Shown: piece by piece, positions 55,832-64,000 of the stretch | How the letters are laid out: each line of letters starts with the position of its first letter | How positions within the stretch are numbered: the first letter of the stretch is position 1 | NCBI GenBank assembly: GCA_009377375.1 | Contig: WHUE01000002.1 | Location: 33,350 to 97,349, forward strand | Reading direction: 5' to 3' | Length of the DNA: 64,000 bases | DNA from: Alphaproteobacteria bacterium | GTDB lineage: Bacteria; Pseudomonadota; Alphaproteobacteria; MPNO01; UBA2964 | The notes under the pieces: model-generated | Told to the model about the DNA's origin: nothing | Database searches by the model: none | The model's input: only the letters and a program-made list of their open reading frames with translations | Program-made: the position numbers and the translations under genes

Positions 55832-55894
55832 TCCGCTCCGACGCCGCCCGTCCCCGTGCTATGCTGGCGCCGGACGAGAACCGGCGGTCCGACC

Positions 55895-56935
55895 ATGTCT
55901 GAACGGCATCCCTTCGCGGTCTTCATCCGCACCATCGGCACGGGGCCCGGCCGCGCGCGGCCGCTGACGGAGGACGAGGCGCGCCGCGCCGCGTCCATGA
56001 TGCTCGACGGCTCGGCCGAGGAGGCCCAGTGCGCGGCGCTTCTGATGCTGCTGCGCTACCGCAAGGAAACGCCGGAGGAACTGGCCGGCTTCGTCCGCGC
56101 GGTGCGCGACGGCATCGCTCTGCCCGATCCGGCGCCCGCGGTCGATCTCGACTGGCCGTCCTATGCCTTCTCGCGCAACCGCGGCGCGCCGCTGTTCCTG
56201 CTTTCGGCGCTGCTGCTCGCGGGCGCGGGCGTGAAGGTGCTGATGCACGGGCTCGACGCGGCGGCGCCCTATGCCGGGCCAACGGCGTCGGCGCTGGCCG
56301 AGCTCGGCATTCCCGCCGCGCCCGGACCGGAGGAGGCCGCGCGGCGGCTCGCCGCTTCCGGCTTCGCCTTCCTGCCGCTGTCGGCGTTCCAGCCGGGGCT
56401 GCAGCGGCTTCTGAACCTGCGCGCGCTGATGGGGCTGCGCTCGCCCGCCAACACCGTGGCGCGGCTGATGAACCCCTTCGCGTCGGCGGCGACCGTCGGC
56501 GGCGTGTTCCACCCGGCCTACCGCGATCTGCAGCAGAGGACGGCGGGGCTCCTCGGCGACACTCGAATCGGCGTGTTCAAGGGCGGCGGCGGCGAGGCGG
56601 AGCGCAACCCTGCCAAGGAGTGCGAGCTGTTCGTGGTGGAAGGCGGCGACGCCGCGACCGAGATCTGGCCGGCCCTGCTCGGCGGGCCCGCGCGCCGCGC
56701 GATGGATGCGCCCGCGCCGCCGTCCCTGGCGGCGCTGTGGCGCGGCGACTGGACCGACGATCACGCGGTCGCCACGGTGACGGGCACGGCGGCGATCGCG
56801 CTGCGGCTCGCCGGCCGGGCCGACGGGGCGGAGGCCGCGGACAGGGCGGCGCACGATCTGTGGGAGGCGCGCGACCGGGCGCGCCTTCCCGCATCCTCCG
56901 GACTGCCGCCGCACCCCGCGCGCGCCCGCGCCTGA
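55895..56935 (+). CDS. anthranilate phosphoribosyltransferase-like (TrpD2/glycosyl-transferase family 3) paralog
   Basis: Glycos_trans_3N helical domain plus the TrpD-fold core (..HGLDAAAPYAGPTASAL.., VFKGGGGEAE). It is not in a trp operon context. Confidence 0.6.
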   Translation: MSERHPFAVFIRTIGTGPGRARPLTEDEARRAASMMLDGSAEEAQCAALLMLLRYRKETPEELAGFVRAVRDGIALPDPAPAVDLDWPSYAFSRNRGAPLFLLSALLLAGAGVKVLMHGLDAAAPYAGPTASALAELGIPAAPGPEEAARRLAASGFAFLPLSAFQPGLQRLLNLRALMGLRSPANTVARLMNPFASAATVGGVFHPAYRDLQQRTAGLLGDTRIGVFKGGGGEAERNPAKECELFVVEGGDAATEIWPALLGGPARRAMDAPAPPSLAALWRGDWTDDHAVATVTGTAAIALRLAGRADGAEAADRAAHDLWEARDRARLPASSGLPPHPARARA

Positions 56936-57173
56936 TCCCGCCGCGGCGGGACGGATTCGCCGCTTCCGCGCGCGGCCGTCGCGGCGCCGATCTTCCCCGC
57001 CATCGGAAAATTCACATTCTCGCCGGTTGTTTTCTGTGCCATCCTTTTTGCATGTCGAAGAAATAACGGCGGCAATAACCGCGCTGTCTCGACTTTGTTC
57101 TGGGAGGAACGCACACAGCCCGATCCGACTCTGCGTTTCCGCACGACGTACCGGCTACTGGGAGGAGCTTGTC

Positions 57174-59306
57174 ATGTCTCGAAGCAGAATTCGTGGGTCC
57201 CTGGCCCGCCTTGCCGTCTCAACCATGGCGATTGTCGCGCTCGGCGCGGGCGCCGCGCAGGCGCAGGACGTCGCCATCGACAATGACGATATCGGCGGCG
57301 TGGTCACCGGACCCTCGGGCCCTGAGGCCGGCGTCTGGGTCATCGCCGAGAGCGAGGATTTCGAGACCCGCTTCATCAAGGCGGTCGTGACCGACGACCG
57401 GGGGCGCTACGTCCTGCCCGACCTGCCCAGCGCCAACTATCAGATATGGGTGCGCGGCTACGGGCTGGTGGACTCGCCCAAGCGGCGCAGCGGGCCTGGC
57501 CGCATCGTCAATCTGACCGCCGTGCCCGCGCCGGACGAGGCGACGGCGGCGCAGTACTACCCGGCGATCTACTGGTACTCCATGATGAAGGTTCCGCCGA
57601 AGGAAGCCTTCGGCGGCGAGGGCGACATTCCCCAGGGCATCGCCCAGCACGACTGGCTCGCCAACCTGAAGAACCGCAGCTGCGTCGGCTGCCATCAGCT
57701 CGGGAATCTTCGCACGCGAACGATCCCGCACCAGTTCGGGACAGGCGAGGACGGCTGGATGCGGCGGACGCAGTCCGGCCAGGCCGGCGAGTCGATGACC
57801 GGCGTGCTGGCGGGCAAGCTGGGGGGCGTTCCCTACAAGTACCTGGCCGACTGGACCGACCGCGTCGCCAAGGGAGAGCTGCCGCACACGAAGCCGGAGC
57901 GGCCCCAGGGGGTGGAGCGGAACGTCGTGGTCACGGTGCGCGACTGGCTGACGCCGAAGCACTACCTGCACGACCTGATATCGACGGACAAGCGCAACCC
58001 GACCGTCAATGCCAACGGGCTGCTCTATGGCTCGCCCGAATTCAGCACCGACCACCTGCCCATCCTCGACCCCGTGAAGAACAGGGCGTGGAGCTTCGAG
58101 GCTCCGACCATGCCGGGCACCGACTATGCCCGCGCCGGCCATGCGAAGGCGGAACCGGTGGCGCCGTCGGCCTACTGGGGCGACGAGGCGATCTGGAACA
58201 GCAGGACCAGCAATCACAACCCGATGCTCGACGAGGCCGGCCGCGTCTGGTACGCGGCCCGGGTGCGCAACGACGCCAATCCGGATTTCTGCAAGAAGGG
58301 CTCGGACCACCCGTCGGCGAAGCTGACCTCGCTTGAGAAGAGCGACCGGCACCTCGCCGTGTACGACCCGAAGACCAGGGACTACAAGTTCGTCAACACC
58401 TGCTTCTCCACGCATCACCTGCAATTCGACAGGAACGGCATGCTGTGGACCAGCGGCGGGCGGTCCGTGATGGGCTGGCTCGACACGAAGAAGTTTCTCG
58501 AGACGGGGGACGCCGCCGCCTCGCAGTACTGGAGCGCGATGGTGCTGGACACCAACGGCAACGGCAAGCGCGATGAGGGCTACGTCGGACCCAAGGACAA
58601 GGTCGACCCGTCGAAGGACAAGCGGGTTATGGCGGGCTTCTATGCGGTGATGCCGAATCCTGCGGACGGCTCGGTCTGGGGCACCGCCGGCGTGTTCGGA
58701 GGCAGGGGCATGATCGTGCGCGTCGTGCCCGGCGACAATCCGCCGGCGACGACGCTGACGGAGATATTCAAGGTGCCTGCCCCCTATTTCGGGGTGCGCG
58801 GCGGCGACATCGACAAGAACGGCGTCGTCTGGGTCTCGCTCGGCAGCGGCCACATGGGCAGCTTCGACCGGCGCAAGTGCAAGGGGCCGCTCAACGGCCC
58901 CAAGGCCACCGGCGATCACTGCCCCGAAGGCTGGTCGTTCCACAAGTACCCCGGTCCGGGCTTCGAAGGGATCGGGGACAACAGCGCGGAGTCCAGCTAC
59001 TACAGCTGGGTCGACCAGCACAACACGGCGGGGCTCGGCGAGGACGTGCCGATGTCGACTGGCAACCTCAATGACGGGCTGATCGCGCTGAAGGACGGCA
59101 GGATGGTCACGCTGCGCGTGCCGTACCCGATGGGCTTCTACGCCAAGGGGTTCGACGGGCGCATCGACGACCCGAACGCCGGCTGGAAGGGCCGTGGGCT
59201 GTGGACCACCAGCGGCGACCGCACCCCGTGGCTGATGGAAGGCGGCAAGGGCTCCAAGCCCCTCGTCGTCCATTTCCAGGTCCGGCCCGACCCGCTGGCC
59301 AAGTAG
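57174..59306 (+). CDS. large secreted protein with N-terminal carboxypeptidase-regulatory-like domain and a single CxxCH heme-binding motif
   Basis: GGGAGGAG RBS and signal peptide (LAVSTMAIVALGAGAAQAQ). CarboxypepD_reg-like beta sandwich (GVVTGPSGPEAGVWVIAES..DDRGRYVLPDLPSANYQIWV). CVGCH at about residue 165. Gly/Trp-rich repeats in the C-terminal part suggest a beta-propeller. 710 aa. Confidence 0.55.
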   Translation: MSRSRIRGSLARLAVSTMAIVALGAGAAQAQDVAIDNDDIGGVVTGPSGPEAGVWVIAESEDFETRFIKAVVTDDRGRYVLPDLPSANYQIWVRGYGLVDSPKRRSGPGRIVNLTAVPAPDEATAAQYYPAIYWYSMMKVPPKEAFGGEGDIPQGIAQHDWLANLKNRSCVGCHQLGNLRTRTIPHQFGTGEDGWMRRTQSGQAGESMTGVLAGKLGGVPYKYLADWTDRVAKGELPHTKPERPQGVERNVVVTVRDWLTPKHYLHDLISTDKRNPTVNANGLLYGSPEFSTDHLPILDPVKNRAWSFEAPTMPGTDYARAGHAKAEPVAPSAYWGDEAIWNSRTSNHNPMLDEAGRVWYAARVRNDANPDFCKKGSDHPSAKLTSLEKSDRHLAVYDPKTRDYKFVNTCFSTHHLQFDRNGMLWTSGGRSVMGWLDTKKFLETGDAAASQYWSAMVLDTNGNGKRDEGYVGPKDKVDPSKDKRVMAGFYAVMPNPADGSVWGTAGVFGGRGMIVRVVPGDNPPATTLTEIFKVPAPYFGVRGGDIDKNGVVWVSLGSGHMGSFDRRKCKGPLNGPKATGDHCPEGWSFHKYPGPGFEGIGDNSAESSYYSWVDQHNTAGLGEDVPMSTGNLNDGLIALKDGRMVTLRVPYPMGFYAKGFDGRIDDPNAGWKGRGLWTTSGDRTPWLMEGGKGSKPLVVHFQVRPDPLAK

Positions 59307-59458
59307 CCGCCGCGCCGCCGCGAACGACGAAGGGCCTGCCCTTGGGGGCGGGCCCTTTTCCGTTGCCGTCCCTGTCCCCGGGGGACGTTACAATGTTCCA
59401 CGTGGAACATTCTTGATGTGTAGCGTGAAGACCGGCCGGATAAGGTCGCGACACGCCG

Positions 59459-60340
59459 TCAGCCGAACCAGGCCATCGCCACGAGCCCGGCCATGAGCGC
59501 CAGCAGCCCCCAGGACGCCGGATCGCGCGCGGCGAAGACGATGGGGTCGTCCGTCATCCGGCCGCGCCGCGATGCCAGCCACATGCGGGCGATCCAGTAC
59601 AGCATCACCGGGCAGACCCCCCACAGCAGGGCGGGCCGCGCGTAGATGTTGCCGACGACGGCGCTGTTGATATAGAGGGCGAGCGTGATCACCGACGCCA
59701 TCCCCGCGGACGTGCCGAACGACATCAGCAGCCCCTCGTCGTCCGCCTGGTAGCCGCGCCCGTCCACCGACAGCCGGCCGGCATCCGCCATCTCCGTCAC
59801 CTCCGCATGGCGTTTCAGGCAGGCGAGGCTGGTGAACAGGAACATCGAGAACGCCAGCAGCCAGAGCGTCATCGGGTTCCCCGTAGCCGCGCCGCCGGCG
59901 ATCACGCGGACGGTATAGAGCCCGGCCAGCACCACCACGTCGAACAGCGCGATGCGCTTGAACCAGAACGAGTAGCCCAGCGTGGCCGCGACATAGACCG
60001 CCAGCCAGGCGGCGAATTCGGCGGCGACGAACGGCGCCGCGCCGAGTCCCACCGCCACCAGCGCGACCGCCGCGGCCCGGCCCGCACCCGCCGGCAGTCG
60101 CCCGGCGGCGAAGGGACGTTCGCGCTTTCGCGGGTGTGCCCGGTCGGCCTCCAGGTCGCGCAGGTCGTTGATCAGGTAGGCGGCGGAGGCGCACAGCCCG
60201 AAACAGGCGAAGGCGGCGACGCCGGCGATCGCCGCGTCGGCCGAGACGTCATGCGCCGCCACCATGGGCACGAAGACCAGCAGGTTCTTGACCCACTGGT
60301 AAAGCCGCATCGCGCGCAGAAATTCTGTGGCTGTGCTCAT
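59459..60340 (-). CDS. UbiA-family prenyltransferase (decaprenyl-phosphate phosphoribosyltransferase-like)
   Basis: NDLRDLEADRAHPRKRERP (first Asp-rich motif) and a second D-rich region, 8-9 TM helices. Start ATG at 60340 (MSTATEFLRAMRLYQWVKN). The ORF track's N-terminal extension is Arg/Ala-rich and non-coding-like. Confidence 0.75.
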   Translation of the reverse strand: MSTATEFLRAMRLYQWVKNLLVFVPMVAAHDVSADAAIAGVAAFACFGLCASAAYLINDLRDLEADRAHPRKRERPFAAGRLPAGAGRAAAVALVAVGLGAAPFVAAEFAAWLAVYVAATLGYSFWFKRIALFDVVVLAGLYTVRVIAGGAATGNPMTLWLLAFSMFLFTSLACLKRHAEVTEMADAGRLSVDGRGYQADDEGLLMSFGTSAGMASVITLALYINSAVVGNIYARPALLWGVCPVMLYWIARMWLASRRGRMTDDPIVFAARDPASWGLLALMAGLVAMAWFG

Positions 60341-60435
60341 CGACCCCGGCGGCGCAGGCGGGACGGCCCCAGCGTCCCCTGACAACGCAACGATAGCCGG
60401 AAAAGCGGGGAATCGGTATGGGAAGGTCCGTGGGG

Positions 60436-60921
60436 TCAGGCGTGCTGCCGCGCCCGCCGCCGCGCGGCGGCCCGGCGCACGGGCCAGCCGGCCGCGTCCC
60501 ACAGCGCCCAGCCCACCACGATCCCGGCGACCGTGAAGACGATGCTCGGCGTATCGACGGGGATGGACGGGGTGAAATGCTCCATCGCCGCGTCGGCGAT
60601 GGCGGGATCGAGATGGGTGGCGAGCTGCCACGGGCGGGCGAACGGGCCCGCCTGGCCGATCGCGTCCCGCGCGGCTTCGAGCTCGGCCAGACGGTGGCTG
60701 AAGGAATCGACCAGCTGCTGCCGCGTCGCATCGTCCTTGATGGCTTCGCCGATGGACCCCGACCTGATCCCGGCCAGGGTATGGCGGGTCTCGTCGATAT
60801 GCCCGCCGAGGCGCTGCAGATAGGCCTGGATATAGGCCATCGTCTGCGACGCGCCCGCGCCCGCCGTGCCGGCCACCGCGGCGCCCATCAGCGCGCCGAA
60901 CTTGCGAAACAGCCATCTCAT
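60436..60921 (-). CDS. hypothetical membrane-associated protein
   Basis: 161 aa with coding-like composition, an N-terminal hydrophobic segment and a C-terminal TM (IVFTVAGIVVGWALW). Directly upstream of the UbiA gene on the same strand. Confidence 0.4.
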   Translation of the reverse strand: MRWLFRKFGALMGAAVAGTAGAGASQTMAYIQAYLQRLGGHIDETRHTLAGIRSGSIGEAIKDDATRQQLVDSFSHRLAELEAARDAIGQAGPFARPWQLATHLDPAIADAAMEHFTPSIPVDTPSIVFTVAGIVVGWALWDAAGWPVRRAAARRRARQHA

Positions 60922-61032
60922 GACAGCCTATATGGGGACGACGCCGAACCGGGCCAATCGGCTCGGCTTGCGCGATGCCCCGCCCGCCGATAGCGTGCGC
61001 GCATCGCGGGCGGGAGAAACAGGGAGAAGACC

Positions 61033-61896
61033 ATGCACTGGGGCGATCGGCGGGCGCGGTTCCGCGCCATTCTCGAAGGCGGCAGATGCGTGCATCCGGG
61101 GTCCGTGTTCGATCCCGTCTCGGCCCGCATTGCCGAGGAGGTCGGGTTCGAGGCGATGATGTTCGCGGGCTCCGTCGGCTCGCACGCGGTGCTCGGCGCG
61201 CCCGACCTGATCGTGCTCACCCTCACCGAATTCGCCGACCAGGCCTACCGCATCAACCGCGCCGGCAGCCTGCCGCTGCTGGTGGATGCCGACCACGGCT
61301 ACGGCAACGCGCTCAACGTCAAGCGCACGGTGGAGGAGCTGGAGACCGCGGGCGTCGCCGCGCTGACCATCGAGGACACCGACCTGCCGGAGCCGTTCGG
61401 CGCGGGCGGCAAGGCGCGGCTGATCCCGATAGAGGAAGGCGTCGGCAAGATGAAGGCGGCGCTGGCCGGGCGGCAGGATCCGGCGCTCTGCGTCTGCGGC
61501 CGCACCAGCGCGCCGTCGATCGCCGGCATGGACGAGGCGGTGAAGCGGGCGAAGGCATACGAGGCGGCCGGGGTGGATGCGATGTTCCTGTCCGGCGTCA
61601 AGACGCTGGACGAACTGGACGCCGTGGCGGGCGCGGTGGAGATTCCGCTGATCCTCGGCGGGGGCGCGCCGGGGCTCGGCAGCCTCGACGACCTCTCAGC
61701 CCGCAACGTGCGCGTCTGCCTTCAGGGGCACCATCCGTTCATGGCCTCGGTGCAGGCGACCTATGACACGCTCAAGGCGCTGCGCGACGGGGTGAAGCCC
61801 GCCGACCTGCCGCGCGTGGCCTCCGGCGACACCATGAAGCGGCTGCTGCGCGACGGCGACTACCGAAGCTGGATGAAGGACTTTCTCGGCGGGTGA
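61033..61896 (+). CDS. isocitrate lyase/PEP mutase-superfamily enzyme (oxaloacetate decarboxylase / carboxyvinyl-carboxyphosphonate phosphorylmutase-like)
   Basis: AGGGAGAAG RBS. ICL/PEPM motifs (..LLVDADHGYGNALNV..VAALTIEDT..). 287 aa. Confidence 0.75.
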   Translation: MHWGDRRARFRAILEGGRCVHPGSVFDPVSARIAEEVGFEAMMFAGSVGSHAVLGAPDLIVLTLTEFADQAYRINRAGSLPLLVDADHGYGNALNVKRTVEELETAGVAALTIEDTDLPEPFGAGGKARLIPIEEGVGKMKAALAGRQDPALCVCGRTSAPSIAGMDEAVKRAKAYEAAGVDAMFLSGVKTLDELDAVAGAVEIPLILGGGAPGLGSLDDLSARNVRVCLQGHHPFMASVQATYDTLKALRDGVKPADLPRVASGDTMKRLLRDGDYRSWMKDFLGG

Positions 61897-61976
61897 CGGG
61901 GCTGCGAATCCGCGTGCGCGGCGGCGGGTTCGGGAGGATAATCCGGTTTCGTCCCAACTTTCGGGGAGTGCGGACC

Positions 61977-62513
61977 ATGGGCATCATGCGGAATGCCACC
62001 ACGGCGGCTTCGTGCATCTGCGTTGCGCTTTTCGTTTCCGGTGCGGCGCGCGCCGCCGATATCACCGTCACCATGAACGCCATCGACGGCGACGGCGTCG
62101 GCAAGAAGCTCGGCACGGTGCGCGCCTTCGATACGCCGAAGGGGCTGCGGCTGGCGCCGCGGCTCAAGGGGCTGGCGGCCGGCCCGCACGGGTTCCACGT
62201 GCATGAGAAGAAAAGCTGCAAGCCGGGCATGAGCGACGGAAAGAAGGCCGCCGGTCTCGGCGCCGGCGGTCATTACGATCCGGCCGGCGCGGGCAAGCAC
62301 GGCGGACCCGACGGACAGGGCCATCTCGGCGATCTGCCGGTGCTGGTGGCGAAGGCGGACGGCTCGACCGGCGGCTCGCTGCTGGCGCCCCGGCTCAAGG
62401 TCTCCGATCTCAGGGGCCGGGCGCTGATGATCCATGCCGGCGGCGACAACTTCTCCGACCAGCCCGCTCCCCTCGGCGGCGGCGGCGGCCGGATCGCCTG
62501 CGGCGTGATGTAA
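61977..62513 (+). CDS. sodC: periplasmic Cu/Zn superoxide dismutase
   Basis: Signal peptide. Cu/Zn ligand motifs (GFHVHEKKSC.., GGHYDPAGAGKHGGPDG..HLGDLP..) and a C-terminal disulfide Cys (RIACGV). Confidence 0.85.
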   Translation: MGIMRNATTAASCICVALFVSGAARAADITVTMNAIDGDGVGKKLGTVRAFDTPKGLRLAPRLKGLAAGPHGFHVHEKKSCKPGMSDGKKAAGLGAGGHYDPAGAGKHGGPDGQGHLGDLPVLVAKADGSTGGSLLAPRLKVSDLRGRALMIHAGGDNFSDQPAPLGGGGGRIACGVM

Positions 62514-62517
62514 CGGC

Positions 62518-63423
62518 TCACCGCCCGTTATAGTCGTCCCGGTCGCCCCACCAGCGGCGGCTCTGGCGCTCGCCGGCATCGCAGGGCGGCGCCGTACGCG
62601 GTTCCGCAGTGCCGGGTCCGGCGGCGAGGCGCGAGCCCGCCCAGCGCGCCGCGCGCGGCGGCTGCGGCGCGAGCCCCCGCAGCAGCGCATGGCCGGAGTC
62701 GCGCACCGGGTGCAGCCCGGCGATCTCCAGGATCAGCTTGCGCAGCACGGCGCGGGAGAAATCCTCGAAACTGCTGGCGACGATCAGGAAGGCGCGGGGT
62801 CCGCCGATCACGCAGTCGCGGTAGTACAGGTCGAGATCGGGCATCGGCGGCCGGCCGGAGAAGCTCGGCCGGTCGTTCACGATCGGCAGGCCGTTGATCG
62901 TGATGCGCCTGGCGACCGCGCGGTCGCGGGCGACGCTGACCAGATCGCCCCAGTTGTTGGGCCCGTCTCCGGACAGGTCGATCACGCGCCGCAGGCCTTC
63001 GACGCCGTTCCTGTCGAAAAGGTTCGCGCCGAAATCGATGGCCGCCGAGAGGCCGGTGCGGCTGCCGATTTCGGGCTGGTTCGCGGCGAGGGCGTCTGCG
63101 AACCCGTTGGCCGAGGCCATGTCCCCGATCACCGTCCAGTTGGCGACGATGCGCTGCTCGTAGCCGGACCACTCGTAATAGGCGACCGCGATCCGCCCCA
63201 TCATGCCGGCGCGGATGGCGGCGTGCACCTTGGGGTGGCGAAAGGCGGCGACATAGCCGTTGCGCTGAAGCTGCGCCTCGTCGGGATCGATGCTGCGGGA
63301 GATGTCGACGCCCAGGGCCAGCTCCAGGTCCACAGGCGTCTCCGGCCCCGCGGCGCGCGCGTCCGGGACCGCCCAGGCCAGCGTGGCGCACACCGCCATA
63401 CCCGTGATCCAGCGCCGTCCCAT
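62518..63423 (-). CDS. DUF1194 (vWA-like) secreted protein
   Basis: Signal peptide (MGRRWITGMAVCATLAWAVPDARAAGP) and the DUF1194 conserved core (LELALGVDISRSID..VAYYEWSGY..DLSGDGPNN). GGAGG RBS. Confidence 0.6.
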   Translation of the reverse strand: MGRRWITGMAVCATLAWAVPDARAAGPETPVDLELALGVDISRSIDPDEAQLQRNGYVAAFRHPKVHAAIRAGMMGRIAVAYYEWSGYEQRIVANWTVIGDMASANGFADALAANQPEIGSRTGLSAAIDFGANLFDRNGVEGLRRVIDLSGDGPNNWGDLVSVARDRAVARRITINGLPIVNDRPSFSGRPPMPDLDLYYRDCVIGGPRAFLIVASSFEDFSRAVLRKLILEIAGLHPVRDSGHALLRGLAPQPPRAARWAGSRLAAGPGTAEPRTAPPCDAGERQSRRWWGDRDDYNGR

Positions 63424-63517
63424 GCCTGCCTCCAGCTCGTCCGCTGATGGTAAATGTACGCCTTCGGCGTCTCCATCAACAGCAATTGCGGCGGATGGAC
63501 GACACGCAGCCGACGGG

Positions 63518-63895
63518 TTATGGCGATTTCGGTCCCTGGACCAGCGCCGCCGCGACGAGCGCGAGCCAGCCCGTCGCCAGCATGATTCCGCCGAGCGGGG
63601 CAATGAAGGCGGCGCGATCCGCGATGACCATGGCGTAGAGCGCCCCCACGAAGACCGTCGTCCCCAGCACGAACAGCACGCCCGCCGTGTGAAGCAGCCA
63701 GAGCCGCGCCCCGGCGCTCTGGGCGACGAGCGCGGCGACCGCCGCCAGCGCCACGGCGTGCAGCGCATGCCACATTACGGCGGTCTCGTACCAGTGCGTG
63801 CGCTCAGGCGTGGTTTCCAGCCCGTGGGCGCCCAGCGCGCCCATAATCACGGACGAAGCCCCGCCCAGCCCCGCAGCGATCAGCCATATTCTCAT
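63518..63895 (-). CDS. DUF423-family small membrane protein
   Basis: Four TM helices with the DUF423 His-containing pattern (GALGAHGL, WHALHAVAL). ATG at 63895 with a GGAGA RBS; a GTG at 63919 is the alternative start. Confidence 0.6.
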   Translation of the reverse strand: MRIWLIAAGLGGASSVIMGALGAHGLETTPERTHWYETAVMWHALHAVALAAVAALVAQSAGARLWLLHTAGVLFVLGTTVFVGALYAMVIADRAAFIAPLGGIMLATGWLALVAAALVQGPKSP

Positions 63896-64000
63896 TTCGG
63901 CGTCTCCATTTGCCGCCACCCGGCGCGGAGCGTAAAACCGTGCAACCCGACGGGGAGGCCAGAACGATGCCCGAACTCTACCATCATCATAGCGCCGTCC

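Noticed and set aside
62511-62530. Hairpin TAACGG-N8-CCGTTA between the convergent sodC and DUF1194 genes as a terminator.
   Set aside because: The stem is short and AT-containing with no U-tract, and it overlaps both stop codons. Too weak to call.
1-64000. Searched for CRISPR arrays, transposases/IS elements, integrases and phage genes.
   Set aside because: There is no regularly spaced short repeat array. No DDE/transposase, tyrosine/serine recombinase or phage structural signatures appear in any frame. The repeats found are short promoter-region elements.

Overview
This is a high-GC (~68-70%) alphaproteobacterial chromosomal segment, probably Rhodospirillales-like. From the start it carries the 3' end of phnE, a DUF1045 gene and a Pho-box-fronted C-P lyase operon (phnGHIJKLM plus an HD-domain gene). 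Housekeeping genes follow: hisZ, purA, a membrane-anchored kinase-like protein, rpoH, rluD and tRNA-Glu(CTC). Downstream of the tRNA the content becomes accessory: single-domain response regulator, Zn-ribbon methyltransferase, Cys-rich four-helix-bundle protein, VOC enzyme, GDPD, J-domain protein, cupins, a PEP-CTERM-like secreted protein, TauE and TctC. A selenoneine-type cluster lies at 27.8-35.4 kb. It has an EgtB-family synthase (senA), a GT-like selenosugar synthase (senB) and a SelD fused to an N-terminal FAD oxidoreductase domain (senC). senC is translationally coupled to a PhnD/PhnC/fused-PhnE-like ABC importer, which I propose as a dedicated selenium-oxyanion uptake system. A ~4 kb AT-rich accessory patch (36.8-40.9 kb) holds small secreted proteins, a cytochrome c and a decayed Sel1 pseudogene. 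A ~13 kb polysaccharide locus (40.9-54.3 kb) contains a LuxR-type regulator, SAF-domain oxidoreductase, GT2, RfbF CDP-glucose branch with C-methyltransferase and RmlC-like epimerase, and Wzx. Its most unusual part is a Dlt-like decoration module (MaoC dehydratase, FkbH-like loader, ACP, MBOAT, DltD/AlgJ-like) that could ester-link a glycerate-derived acyl group to the polymer. Promoters in this locus carry phased TCACA(G) direct repeats. The window ends with scoAB, a TrpD paralog, a large secreted CxxCH protein, a UbiA prenyltransferase, a PEP-mutase/ICL-family enzyme, sodC, DUF1194 and DUF423. I found no transposase, integrase or CRISPR array. Coordinates inside ORFs are derived from the supplied ORF track where possible; positions read from sequence lines may be off by ±1 nt.
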